DNA from: Candidatus Kerfeldbacteria bacterium
GTDB taxonomy: Bacteria; Patescibacteriota; Patescibacteriia; SBBC01; CAIJZX01
Assembly: GCA_016193315.1 (NCBI GenBank)
Contig: JACPSJ010000001.1
Coordinates: forward strand, 599,478-663,477
Direction of reading: 5' to 3'
Length of the DNA stretch: 64,000 bases
Positions 18,813 to 27,949 of this stretch are shown piece after piece. Position 1 is the first letter of the stretch; every line of letters starts with the position of its first letter. The position numbers and the translations under genes were made by a program. The notes beneath the pieces were generated by a model. That model did not search any database, was not told the DNA's origin, and saw only the letters and a program-made list of their open reading frames with translations.

Positions 18813-19442
18813 GTGACTGCCAGCGCGCGCCTACCAGAAGCAATTCGCATCTTTCTCCTCGGCCACTTCATCCACTGGGGCGCGTTAGCGTTGGTCGACC
18901 GGATGGTGGCGAACTATCCGTCCGTCTCCGACATTCTCCTCGATCGGCTCCCCCCGCTTAAACTGTTTCTCATCGGCGAGCTGTACTTTGCCGGCCTGCT
19001 CATTTTTTACCTCTGGCACTTCTCCCGCCGCCAAAGCCAGGACTTATCGTACGGGCTGGCGGTCGTTGGGTTGTTCTACGCGCTGCGGGGGCTGTTTCTC
19101 CTTTTCTTACCCATTGGCGGGCCGCACGGCGCCATTCCACCGACCGACCGCTTCGTCCTCTGGCCCTTCCCAAGCCATGCCTACTTCCCCGGCGGCCACC
19201 TCGGGCTGATGTTCCTGCTCGGTTTTCTTCTTCGCGATCGGCAGGGGCGGCGCTGGTTCCTTATCGGCGCCGCCATCTTCGGTCTTGGTTCGCTCCTGAC
19301 GAAAGCGCATTACACTGCTGACCTTCTCGGCGGCTTGCTGCTCGGATACGGAGTATTCCTATACGGTGAGCGAGCCTTACGCCAGCGATACGCCCCGGTA
19401 ACTCCCCGCTCCCCATCGCCCGTCGGCGGCGCCAGCCAATAG
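18813..19442 (+). CDS. PAP2-superfamily membrane phosphatase/phosphotransferase
   Basis: YFPGGH and AHYTADLL motifs, several TM helices. Start uncertain. Confidence 0.7.
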   Translation: MTASARLPEAIRIFLLGHFIHWGALALVDRMVANYPSVSDILLDRLPPLKLFLIGELYFAGLLIFYLWHFSRRQSQDLSYGLAVVGLFYALRGLFLLFLPIGGPHGAIPPTDRFVLWPFPSHAYFPGGHLGLMFLLGFLLRDRQGRRWFLIGAAIFGLGSLLTKAHYTADLLGGLLLGYGVFLYGERALRQRYAPVTPRSPSPVGGASQ

Positions 19443-19546
19443 ACAAATCTTGGTGGCCCGATGGTGGTGAATGGACCAATGACCGGCGCCGCCCGGCACG
19501 ACGGAGAGGGGGGACCGCTGAACCGAAGGTTCAGCGGTGGGTGAGG

Positions 19547-19954
19547 TTACTCCGACACCTCGTCTACGTCTACATCCTCCTTGACTAACTTCTTCGCCAC
19601 CGGGTCGGCCGTCGGTTTGGCTGTCCGGTGGCCGAGCATAATCATGTTGTCGGCCACGACTTCTTTGGCCGTCCGCTTCTGACCGTCCTTGGTCGTGTAC
19701 TTGCGGTTGCGCAGTCGGCCTTCAACGTAGAGCTTGCTGCCTTTCTTGACATACTGCTGGACGATCTGGCCCAGCTTGCCCCAGGCAATGACGTCATGGA
19801 AGTCGACCGCTTCCTTTTTCGTCTTCGTCTTCGCGTCCTGCCAGGCGTAATTCGTCGCCAGGCTGAAGCGAGTAATATTTTGCCCTGACGGGAGCGACCT
19901 CGACTCCGGGTCGCGGACCATGTTCCCGATCAGGGTGACTTTGTTGAGGTCCAT
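19547..19954 (-). CDS. ssb: Single-stranded DNA-binding protein
   Basis: LNKVTLIGN, DPE, FSLATN and KGSKLYVEGRL motifs. Short tail without the usual DDIPF. Confidence 0.9.
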   Translation of the reverse strand: MDLNKVTLIGNMVRDPESRSLPSGQNITRFSLATNYAWQDAKTKTKKEAVDFHDVIAWGKLGQIVQQYVKKGSKLYVEGRLRNRKYTTKDGQKRTAKEVVADNMIMLGHRTAKPTADPVAKKLVKEDVDVDEVSE

Positions 19955-20141
19955 GCCTCAGTCTCCCTTTGCCCCGAACCTAACGGTTCGGGATTCTTAT
20001 CCAGCACCAAACATGCCTCCGCGCGCTGGAGCCAAGACCCACCATCGATCGTCATCCCTGGTCACCAACGACAAGCATGAAGATCGGTACACACCCATCA
20101 CAAACGCGGTGGCTGGTCCGTGCAAGCCACCGTTGTTAAAC

Positions 20142-20567
20142 CTATTGTACACCCACCCAGGACGCCGTCAAGTATTTCAGATAGGACGGTCGGTGTTGGG
20201 GCGCGAATGTGATCCGGTGGAAATCTGAGCGTCGAACCCAGATCACGATTTCGCGCTCGCGATTCTTCAACGTCTGCTCTTCAGCCACGGACACGCCAAA
20301 CGCCACGCCGACGACGTTCAGATTCGCCCCGGCGCTAAACCAGTTCCAAGCGAACAGCGGACGTTCATCAACCTGGCACTGTTCAAGACCGAGTTCTTCG
20401 TGTAGTTCACGCCGCAAGCCGTCAAGAAGATCCTCACCGGTCCGAAGACGGCCGCCGGGCAAGTCAACATGCCCCTGAGCATGACGCATCACCAGCAATC
20501 GTCCATCGCGGCGGATGACGGCCTTCGCGATGATGGTCGTGACGGGATGGATGGCCGGCGAATTCAT
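20142..20567 (-). CDS. NUDIX hydrolase
   Basis: PGGRLRTGEDLLDGLRRELHEELG Nudix box. Confidence 0.85.
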   Translation of the reverse strand: MNSPAIHPVTTIIAKAVIRRDGRLLVMRHAQGHVDLPGGRLRTGEDLLDGLRRELHEELGLEQCQVDERPLFAWNWFSAGANLNVVGVAFGVSVAEEQTLKNREREIVIWVRRSDFHRITFAPQHRPSYLKYLTASWVGVQ

Positions 20568-21487
20568 GCTCCGTGCGGATTCATATTGGGAAGTCTTTCA
20601 CCATGTTTGAGAAACCGATCGAACCAAGCGACAGTTTGCCGATGCACGTCCTGCCAGTGTTCATGAATCCCATGATCGGCTCCCTCGTATACGATCAGCC
20701 GCACCGGTCGGCGCAGTCGCATCAGCGCCTCCGCCATCCGAATACTTTCCGTCGGCCGAACCCGCCAGTCTGCCGTGCCATGCAGAAGTAACAGTGGGGT
20801 TTTTGGTGCAAGTTTGGCCGGCCAATAGATCGCTGACCGCTGCTTCATGGCTGACACGAGTCGTCTCCCTTTGGCTGGAATCAACTTCTTGTAGACATTC
20901 CGGAGCATGTTCGGACGGTACCGACTGCTGGCGATCAGATCGCTCGATCCCCCGCCGACGACGGCCGCCTTGATGGTTCTCAGTTTCTTCAGTGCCAGAT
21001 AGGTCATCATGCCGCCTCGACTCCAGCCATACATCCCAATTCGATGCGTGTCGGCAAACCGCAGCTGCCGCAAACACGGAATGAGATTGAGAACGTCTTG
21101 GACATCTCGCCCGCCATATTCTTCCCGGCCGTCACCGCCGGCCACCCCGCGATACTGCGAGGCGATCACCACGTATCCGGCTTCGGCCAAAGGTGCCAAG
21201 ATGGAATGAACGTGGTGCAGCGTCAGCTGTCCAAAATCTTCGTTCCCGCCGCGGTTGTAGATGATGGCCGGTACCTTACCGCGGTGACGCTTCGGGTAAA
21301 CCAAGAAACCCCTGACTCGAAGCCGGCCACTCCAATAGGTAATTTCTTCAACCGCCAATCCGGCGCCCCGACGACGCCAAAGCGCGAGCGTGCTCGGAAG
21401 AATGCCTGGAACAGTCGCCCGGATTGCTCGGGCGTCGAAACGAAATCGTTTCCGTTCATGAAAACCTTCGGCTGGTTTACTCGACAT
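20564..21487 (-). CDS. S9-family serine peptidase (alpha/beta hydrolase)
   Basis: GWSRGG, HGTADWRV and GADH catalytic triad motifs. Confidence 0.88.
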   Translation of the reverse strand: MSSKPAEGFHERKRFRFDARAIRATVPGILPSTLALWRRRGAGLAVEEITYWSGRLRVRGFLVYPKRHRGKVPAIIYNRGGNEDFGQLTLHHVHSILAPLAEAGYVVIASQYRGVAGGDGREEYGGRDVQDVLNLIPCLRQLRFADTHRIGMYGWSRGGMMTYLALKKLRTIKAAVVGGGSSDLIASSRYRPNMLRNVYKKLIPAKGRRLVSAMKQRSAIYWPAKLAPKTPLLLLHGTADWRVRPTESIRMAEALMRLRRPVRLIVYEGADHGIHEHWQDVHRQTVAWFDRFLKHGERLPNMNPHGA

Positions 21488-21547
21488 GATTGAGAGAAAA
21501 ATTCCAGGGGGTCAGAGTCAATTCTATCACTGACCCCCTGGTTGAGA

Positions 21548-22069
21548 CTATGCGGCGCTGAACGCGACGAGCGCCGGCAGCGGTTCCGTCCGCCGCGACG
21601 TCACCCGATGGCAGCCGACTTCCGCGCATTCGCCGATGCACTGGCTGCCGCCGTCTTCGCAGTCCCCGACCAGGGACAGATCCCGGTCGGAGCTTGCACC
21701 GGCCGGCAGCCACAGGTGCTTCCGCACCGGGCTGTCCGGGAAGGAGGTGAAGACTTCTTCCAGACTGTTCTGGAACTGGGCGACCGGATTCGGCATCGGC
21801 CGGTGATGAATGAAGCGCCCAAGATGTGCCAGGCAGAACGCTTCGTACCGTTCGGTATGGAGCACGAAGGCGTGCCAGGCCGTGTCGACGAGCGCCGATG
21901 GTGCATGCGCATCCCTGCCGGTCACGCACAACACCAGAAACTTCAGCATCTCATCCCACCGCTCCTGGGCATCGGCCGTGGGGACGTCTTCGTGATCGGC
22001 CAGATACTGGATGATCTCGTCCGGATGGAAGTCCCGGACTTCGAGGTACAGCTGATTCGGGGTCTTCAT
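21548..22069 (-). CDS. Glycine-rich-domain (GRDP/DUF1399-like) protein with Cys-rich tail
   Basis: KFL...APSALVDTAWHAFVLHT..Y..FC...FIHH motif. Confidence 0.65.
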   Translation of the reverse strand: MKTPNQLYLEVRDFHPDEIIQYLADHEDVPTADAQERWDEMLKFLVLCVTGRDAHAPSALVDTAWHAFVLHTERYEAFCLAHLGRFIHHRPMPNPVAQFQNSLEEVFTSFPDSPVRKHLWLPAGASSDRDLSLVGDCEDGGSQCIGECAEVGCHRVTSRRTEPLPALVAFSAA

Positions 22070-22106
22070 AGAACAACTCCATTCTTGAACAACCGTGATC
22101 GGCGAC

Positions 22107-22301
22107 CTACCAGTTCATGAATTCGCTCGGCCCGAGGGCTACTTCGACAAGCGTTACCATGCCTCCTTTCTCCTCGCACTGATGGCAAGGCCTTTGGCGG
22201 GATGGTTCTCGTCCGTAGCCGCTACAGCTCGGACATTCGATGAACCTGACAACCGTACTCGGCAACAGTTTGGCAAAAAGTGTGGTCAGGAAAATCTGCA
22301 T
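22107..22301 (-). CDS. Small zinc-finger protein (DnaJ-type CxxCxGxG)
   Basis: CPSCSGYG and CHQCEEKGG; GGAGGTG RBS before the ATG at 22301. Confidence 0.5.
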   Translation of the reverse strand: MQIFLTTLFAKLLPSTVVRFIECPSCSGYGREPSRQRPCHQCEEKGGMVTLVEVALGPSEFMNW

Positions 22302-22340
22302 TGGACTTTCACCTCCGTTGAGTTTGAAAGAACATCGCTC

Positions 22341-22428
22341 TCCCATCTCCCCACCGGCGCGGGATAGACAAACTTTGGTGGCTTGGCAGTTTGGCTTGGA
22401 AGGTTCGCCGCGCGGCGGGGAGATGGGA
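22341..22428. repeat. Long imperfect inverted repeat
   Basis: TCCCATCTCCCC at the left end pairs with GGGGAGATGGGA at the right. Confidence 0.55.
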
Positions 22429-22984
22429 AAGGACGAAGGCTACGGGATCAGGATGTCCCAGGGGCCTTGGGATAGCGAGCGACCCGGCCGATGGTCGGCA
22501 GGGTCGTGAACTTGGCTCCGGACGTGGGTCTGTGAGCGGCTGAAGGTGAGCCACTGGTAGTTATGGAAAAAACCGACGCCTTTGAAGCGCTTTTTGAAAT
22601 GTAGTTGATAGAGTCTGAGAACGGCTAAGAGTTGCATCGTCAGGTGGTTATCCACTTTCTGCGCGACGGCGCTACCAAGCGACGGCGCAAACGCAAAACT
22701 ATCTTCGAACCTCCATTTTTCGGGACTTGTGAAGACCGTTTGGGTCTTGATATTCATTCTTGCGACGGCGCTATTTTCTGCGACGGCTTTATGGTTCCAA
22801 AATTGTAGCGCGAAAAATGGTGGCCGTCAAGTGTGGCTGTCGAGAAACTTACTTGATCAGGAAATAATGTTCGGTTTGCCCACCCCAAGAACAGCCATCC
22901 AACTGCCGGCGCGCTAACTATCCCCTGACCCTCGGCCTTTACAATGCCATCATTTCGTTTTATGCTATGTGCGCAAAAGTTTTT

Positions 22985-23165
22985 GGGTAGGTACCGAAGC
23001 GGTCACCCCGCCCCACATTCATTCAAAAGACGTCGCGGGCAGTTAGCGAAGTGGTCAAACGCGGCTGACTGTAAATCAGCTGGCTCCGGCCTTCGTAGGT
23101 TCGAATCCTACACTGCCCACCAAAAAAAAGAGTGTGGGGCGGGGCGAATCCTGCCCTACCCACCA
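22985..23165 (+). pseudogene. Disrupted outer tRNA gene (5' part 22985-23005, 3' part 23145-23165)
   Basis: GGGTAGGTACCGAAGCGGTCA and CGAATCCTGCCCTACCCACCA form a complete acceptor stem with CCA around an insert. Confidence 0.7.
23037..23122 (+). tRNA. tRNA-Tyr(GTA)
   Basis: GGGCAGT/ACTGCCC acceptor stem, GCTGA-CTGTAAA-TCAGC anticodon arm, long variable arm, GGTTCGAATCC, encoded CCA. Confidence 0.96.
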
Positions 23166-23247
23166 TCTGGGAATGACCCAGGCCCTTTGGGTTATTTGGC
23201 CGTGCTATACTGAAACCATTCAGAGATTACATTATTAACATCACTCT

Positions 23248-23700
23248 ATGGGCACCACCAAAAAGACCACCAAGCCGCCCAAGGTATTCTCTGACTTTGA
23301 ATTGTCGGCGATGCGGGAACGCGGCCACGAGCTCCGGGCGGAGGCACGAGTGAAAAAGAACAAAACCGAGGGAGAACGTATCGCCCTCGCGAGAATTGCG
23401 CAGATGAAAGGACTTGACCAGGCAATGGCTAAGCGAATCCATACCATCATCACCACCAACGCACCCAGCCTCAGGCCCAAAACCTGGTACGGAATGCCGG
23501 CATACGCCAACAAGGACGGAAAGGTTGTCTGCTTTTTTCAAGACGCGAAGAAATTCAAAGCCAGATACGCGACGCTGGGTTTTAGCGACCTGGCCAAACT
23601 TGATGACGGTGCGATGTGGCCAACTTCATTCGCGCTGAAGAAACTGACCCCGGCCGACGAGAAAAAGATCGCCGCGCTCGTGAAGAAAGCGGTAAGCTAA
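23248..23700 (+). CDS. DUF1801 (YdhG-like) protein
   Basis: [10 protein letters not shown]...KVVCFFQ...RYATLGF...MWPTSFAL. Confidence 0.8.
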   Translation: MGTTKKTTKPPKVFSDFELSAMRERGHELRAEARVKKNKTEGERIALARIAQMKGLDQAMAKRIHTIITTNAPSLRPKTWYGMPAYANKDGKVVCFFQDAKKFKARYATLGFSDLAKLDDGAMWPTSFALKKLTPADEKKIAALVKKAVS

Positions 23701-23744
23701 GGGTTAAGATTGCCGCCACGGTAACGTCTTCGAGCATTGCTCAC

Positions 23745-24425
23745 ATGAGACTGAAGAAAAAAGTTGTTGTGATCACCGGGGGGAGCAAAGGCTTGGGCAA
23801 GGCCTTAGCTTCTGAATTCGTAAAAGAAGGATCAGTCGTAGTCATTAGCGCCCGAAATAGGAAAGAGCTTTGGAATACTGCTCGTGAATGCAGGGCAATC
23901 CCTTTTGTGGCCGACATAACGAAAGAACAAAATATCATGAGCCTTGCGAAGTTTGTGAAAAAAAGGTTGGGCCGCATTGATGTGTGGGTAAATAATGCTG
24001 GCGTGACCATCCCACACTCCGACATTGACGGTATTACGTCTGAGGCGGCGCACAACGTTATGGAGGTTAATTTCTTTGGTACGTTTTACGGCCTACAAGC
24101 AGTCATTCCAATCATGAAAAAACAACATCACGGAACTATTGTTAACATTATTTCCATGAGCGCTTTGGTTGGGCGCCCTCGTTCATTGATGTACTCATCG
24201 AGCAAATGGGCAGCACGAGGATTGACGGAAGGAATTCGGATGGCGCTGAAGCCTAAACGCATTTCAATCATTGCCGTTCATCCAGGTGGCATGAAGACTA
24301 CTATCTTCGGCAAGCATTTACCGCAAGGGTATGACGATTGGATGGAGCCCGATTTTGTGGCTAAGAAGATAATTCAAAATCTCAAGCGCGCTAAACCCCG
24401 CGAAGAAATTGTTATTCATAGGTGA
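23745..24425 (+). CDS. SDR-family oxidoreductase
   Basis: TGGSKGLG, NNAG and YSSSK motifs. AT-richer than its neighbours. Confidence 0.9.
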   Translation: MRLKKKVVVITGGSKGLGKALASEFVKEGSVVVISARNRKELWNTARECRAIPFVADITKEQNIMSLAKFVKKRLGRIDVWVNNAGVTIPHSDIDGITSEAAHNVMEVNFFGTFYGLQAVIPIMKKQHHGTIVNIISMSALVGRPRSLMYSSSKWAARGLTEGIRMALKPKRISIIAVHPGGMKTTIFGKHLPQGYDDWMEPDFVAKKIIQNLKRAKPREEIVIHR

Positions 24426-24469
24426 TATTTCAACTTGTGACGTCTATCAAAGCCTCAGGATTTTCTTCA

Positions 24470-24507
24470 GAGAAAAAGATCGCCGCGCTCGTAAAGAAAG
24501 CGGTGAG
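24470..24507 (+). repeat. Displaced duplicate of the DUF1801 gene 3' end (23659-23696)
   Basis: 38-nt direct repeat with two synonymous differences. Confidence 0.85.
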
Positions 24508-24584
24508 TCCCGTTAGAAATCTACTGACGTAGTGGGAAAATAGTTCAGACATCGAGATTTTATAGTAGGGAATTTCTAACGGGA
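24508..24584. mobile_element. Miniature inverted-repeat element
   Basis: Perfect 13-bp ends TCCCGTTAGAAAT/ATTTCTAACGGGA, flanked by TGAG on both sides. Confidence 0.65.
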
Positions 24585-24812
24585 TGAGCTGCGGACGAAA
24601 CTCGCACTGGGACCCGCCCGAGGCGGCTTCTGTGTTTCATACCATACTTTCCTTGGGTCCGCTCGCCGGCAACTCCGGCACCTGGAAATCCTCGGTTCCC
24701 AACAACCAGGTTCCCCGCCCTTCGGCGGGGTGAACTCCGACAGACGCAGGCGGTCCATCGCCTGAACCTCTACTAAGAGCACTGGTATAGGCTAAGAGTC
24801 ATAGTGACAATC

Positions 24813-24932
24813 GTGAAGCTCCACGGCTTCAGCCTCCTCCGCCGAAGTAGCTTCGGCTGCGAAGGCCGGGCATCCACGGGCTAACTCCCGTGGCTTTCTG
24901 CTGAGCCACGTATTACGTGGCAGAGGCGGGTA
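24813..24932. mobile_element. IS200/IS605-like end hairpins (non-autonomous remnant)
   Basis: GTGAAGCTCCACGGCTTCAGCC and CCACGGG-CTAACT-CCCGTGG hairpins, ending GGCGGGTA. No transposase ORF. Confidence 0.45.
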
Positions 24933-24971
24933 AAAACCCAAGCTTAGAAACCTCTCCATCGTGGTAAGGGG

Positions 24972-25000
24972 TTGACTTCGGGAAAACTTCGGTTTTTAAT
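24972..25000 (+). promoter_or_regulatory. Promoter TTGACT-N17-TTTAAT overlapped by putative LexA box TTCGG-N6-TTCGG (24977-24992)
   Basis: The same motif occurs upstream of lexA and the second Y-family gene. Confidence 0.75.
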
Positions 25001-25006
25001 AGGAGT

Positions 25007-25357
25007 ATGTCCGACCGAGCGCAGCGCTACCAACCCACTCCCCTGTCTCTACCGACCACGGTACCGGAGAAAATCCGCCAGCCGGTGCGGGTGGCGGTAG
25101 ACTTTCCGGCGAAGCCACGGCGGGAGCCGGGCAAGCCGGACCCGGCTACGCCGGGTGCCGGACCGAAAATCAAGCCCTTGGCCTTTGTCTGGTCTGGCCG
25201 GAAATACCTCATCAAAAAGGTGAACCTGGTCTACAAGCGCCAGCACGGCGACCGCTGGCAGTGGTGCTTTGCGGTTTCGGATGAGGCGAATAGCTATGTC
25301 TTGGTCTACGACCCCGAAGAACTGACGTGGGTTTTGGAGGAGATATATGAGTTGTAG
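25007..25357 (+). CDS. Small protein upstream of dinB (DUF6504-like beta domain)
   Basis: AGGAG RBS; PLAFVWSGRKY...FAVSD...LVYDP...W. Confidence 0.6.
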   Translation: MSDRAQRYQPTPLSLPTTVPEKIRQPVRVAVDFPAKPRREPGKPDPATPGAGPKIKPLAFVWSGRKYLIKKVNLVYKRQHGDRWQWCFAVSDEANSYVLVYDPEELTWVLEEIYEL

Positions 25358-25435
25358 GACGCGTCTCTCGCTTCCAGAGACCCTCTCACTGCGCTCAGGT
25401 GAGACGGCGACGGGCGCGGGGCCAGCATGAATTCT

Positions 25436-25651
25436 ATGCTACCACGTATCATTCTCCGTCTCGACATGAACAGTTACTTCGCTTCGGTGAAGCAGTCCCG
25501 CAGTCCTCGTTGCTACGGTCCTCGGGTGCGGGACTAATGGGATTCTCTATGTTGCCGCGTATCATATTACACCTCGACATGAACAGCTACTTTGCTTCGG
25601 TTGAACAGCCCCGCACCGCTCCCCTTCGCCAAGCTCAGGGTCGGGTGCGGG
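25436..25651 (+). repeat. Two abortive 60-nt copies of the dinB 5' end, each followed by a CCCGCA...TGCGGG palindromic element
   Basis: Copies at 25436-25495 and 25549-25608 match 25668-25727. Confidence 0.9.
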
Positions 25652-25667
25652 ATTAGTCAAAAAATCT

Positions 25668-26987
25668 ATGCTGCCCCGTATCATTTTGCACCTCGACATG
25701 AACAGCTACTTCGCTTCGGTTGAACAACAAGCCAATCCTTTTCTGCGCGGTAAACCGGTCGGCGTCGTAGCCACCATGACCCCGAACGGCTGCGTCATCG
25801 CTTCATCCATCGAGGCCAAAGCCAAAGGCATCAAAACCGGCGTCCGGGTGAAAGAAGCGCGGGCCATTGATCCGAACGTCATCCTCATCCCGAATGACAG
25901 CAGCAAGTATCGCTCGTGCACCGAAGGGATTTTTCGGATATTGCGGCAATATACCGAGGACATTGAAATGTACTCGATTGACGAAGCCTTTCTCAACCTG
26001 ACCGGTTTCGTCCCGAGCTACAGCCAAGCAGAAACCATGGCCGCGGACATCCGCCAGCGCATCCAAGCCGAAGTCGGTGACTGGCTGCGCTGCTCGATGG
26101 GCATTGCGCCGACGCGTTGGTTGGCCAAGTTCGGCGGCGACACCGCGCCCAAAGGCGCCACGCTCATCGTCCATCGCGGCAACCTCCATCAGACGCTTGA
26201 CCCGCGCCCGCTGACCGACGCCTGGGGCATCGCCCACAACCTTGAACGGCGTCTGAATCTCCTCAATCTCTACTCCCTCGGTGATCTCCGCCGCTACCCG
26301 GTCATCAACCTGATGCAGGTGTTCGGCATTAATGGGTACGTCCTATGGGCTAATGTTAACGGCATTGAAATCCCTGGTTTGCGCACGCCGGAGCAACCAA
26401 AATCGATCGGCCATTCGCATGTCTTCAGCCGTAAAGCCGAATCGCTCGACTATCCGAAGGCGGTGCTGGCAAAACTCTGCGAGAAAGCTGGCCGCCGCCT
26501 CCGCCGGCTTGATCTCGAAGCCTACGGCGTGTGGCTGTCGTATGGTGTGCCGGACTGGGTGGCGGCCCGAATCGGCCGAGCTGGCGGGGGCGGCGGGAAA
26601 AAGCTGCCGTATGCACTCTATGACACCCACGATATCTTTCGCCATTGCTGGCAGATGTTGCTTGATGACTTACCGAAACGCGCGCTGCCGAACTTTTTGG
26701 CGATGGGGTTGTTTTACTTAAAACCCAGATCGCGGCAACTCCGACTCTGGAGCTCCTTAGCCCCCCCTATAGACAGAGCGACATCCCGCTCCTGGCGGAG
26801 CCTTAGCGACGACATGGAGCGGGGCCCGGCCTTGGCGCAAGCTTTGGACACACTCAACGACCAGTTTGGGGATTTTACCGTGGCGCGGGGCAGTTTCTGG
26901 GGCTTGAACGAAAAAGACGCGCCGGATCGGGTGGGGTTTCGGAAGACGGTGACCTACGATCCAGCAGCTGACCGCTACGTCTGGTGA
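25668..26987 (+). CDS. dinB: Y-family DNA polymerase IV
   Basis: HLDMNSYFASVEQ, YSIDEAFL and PKSIG motifs. Confidence 0.9.
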   Translation: MLPRIILHLDMNSYFASVEQQANPFLRGKPVGVVATMTPNGCVIASSIEAKAKGIKTGVRVKEARAIDPNVILIPNDSSKYRSCTEGIFRILRQYTEDIEMYSIDEAFLNLTGFVPSYSQAETMAADIRQRIQAEVGDWLRCSMGIAPTRWLAKFGGDTAPKGATLIVHRGNLHQTLDPRPLTDAWGIAHNLERRLNLLNLYSLGDLRRYPVINLMQVFGINGYVLWANVNGIEIPGLRTPEQPKSIGHSHVFSRKAESLDYPKAVLAKLCEKAGRRLRRLDLEAYGVWLSYGVPDWVAARIGRAGGGGGKKLPYALYDTHDIFRHCWQMLLDDLPKRALPNFLAMGLFYLKPRSRQLRLWSSLAPPIDRATSRSWRSLSDDMERGPALAQALDTLNDQFGDFTVARGSFWGLNEKDAPDRVGFRKTVTYDPAADRYVW

Positions 26988-27051
26988 GTTGACAAAACAA
27001 AGGAAATATGCTAGCGTCGACTCATCGCCTTAGGCAGCGCCTACCCAAATC

Positions 27052-27324
27052 ATGGAGGTGGTCATGCGCTCCCGCCAACTGGCGCTCGTGGCCGTGGCCA
27101 CGCTCGCTCTCTCCAGCCTCGATCCAAGAATGATTCTTCCGTTGCCAGCCATCACCTGGCCAAAAATCCCACTGACCACTGTGGCCAGCTCGGTGCTCGC
27201 ATTCTTCCGCGATTACCCCGTGATCCTATGGCTGGCCCTGGTGGGAGTTGGCTTCGCCGCCATTCTCGGATTGGGCTCGTTGCTGAGCGAATATCCGCGG
27301 CCGAGACCTCGTCACCATCCCTGA
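27052..27324 (+). CDS. Small hypothetical membrane protein
   Basis: Hydrophobic ORF with a TTGACA upstream and a hairpin plus T-run at about 27303-27338. Confidence 0.45.
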   Translation: MEVVMRSRQLALVAVATLALSSLDPRMILPLPAITWPKIPLTTVASSVLAFFRDYPVILWLALVGVGFAAILGLGSLLSEYPRPRPRHHP

Positions 27325-27336
27325 CGAGGCCTTTTT

Positions 27337-27948
27337 TTATTCCGTCGATGAACGTCGGCGGCGCTGGTGATGCCGCCAATCTTCGTCCTGTTCCATCAAT
27401 CGTTCAATTTCTTCGCGCAGAAAATCGGCCTTGGTCTTTTTGGTGTTATGCGTTCGGAAATGGAGGTACTCTTCCATGGCGTCAGTGATGCGGAGCGTGA
27501 ACTTATGCCGCGGAATCTGACGAATCTTGAGGCCGGTGATCGACTGGAGAAAATCACTGACCACACGGCTGACCGCCGACGGCTGGTAAGCCACCGTTTT
27601 GATAGTCGCTGGCAACTCCTTCTGGCTGAGGTGGTTAAAAACCTGGGGCACGGTGCCGCGTCGGTAGAGGTAGAGCGTCGGCTTCTTGAGAGCGATGGCG
27701 TGGGCCAGGAGAAACCCGACTTCGGGGTCACTGGTCGTACCCTCAATGACAAAGGCGTCCATCCGCTCCAGGAGCGGCACCCCGCTCTGCCGGGTTTCGG
27801 CCAAGACCTCGGCTGAGACCTGAATGCCCTGGTCCTCGGTGTTCGTCGAGACCCACAGATCGGTTTGGTTCAGCACCGTCTTAATGGCCGAGTACGACTC
27901 TTCCAGGTCGCGGCGGTTGGTTGGTGGAGCGTAAAAGTAGAGATGCAT
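27337..27948 (-). CDS. Nucleoside deoxyribosyltransferase-like fold with a C-terminal ribbon-helix-helix-like segment
   Basis: DAFVIEGT..DPEVGFLLAHAIALKKPTLYL; C-terminal KFTLRITD...TKADFLRE. Confidence 0.55.
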   Translation of the reverse strand: MHLYFYAPPTNRRDLEESYSAIKTVLNQTDLWVSTNTEDQGIQVSAEVLAETRQSGVPLLERMDAFVIEGTTSDPEVGFLLAHAIALKKPTLYLYRRGTVPQVFNHLSQKELPATIKTVAYQPSAVSRVVSDFLQSITGLKIRQIPRHKFTLRITDAMEEYLHFRTHNTKKTKADFLREEIERLMEQDEDWRHHQRRRRSSTE

Positions 27949-27949
27949 C

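Noticed and set aside
22440-22757. 105-aa minus-strand ORF upstream of the tRNA
   Set aside because: No recognisable motif or clear RBS, so it cannot be supported.
25436-25727. CRISPR-like repeat-spacer array
   Set aside because: The repeats are 60-nt degenerate coding sequence of dinB, and no cas genes are present.
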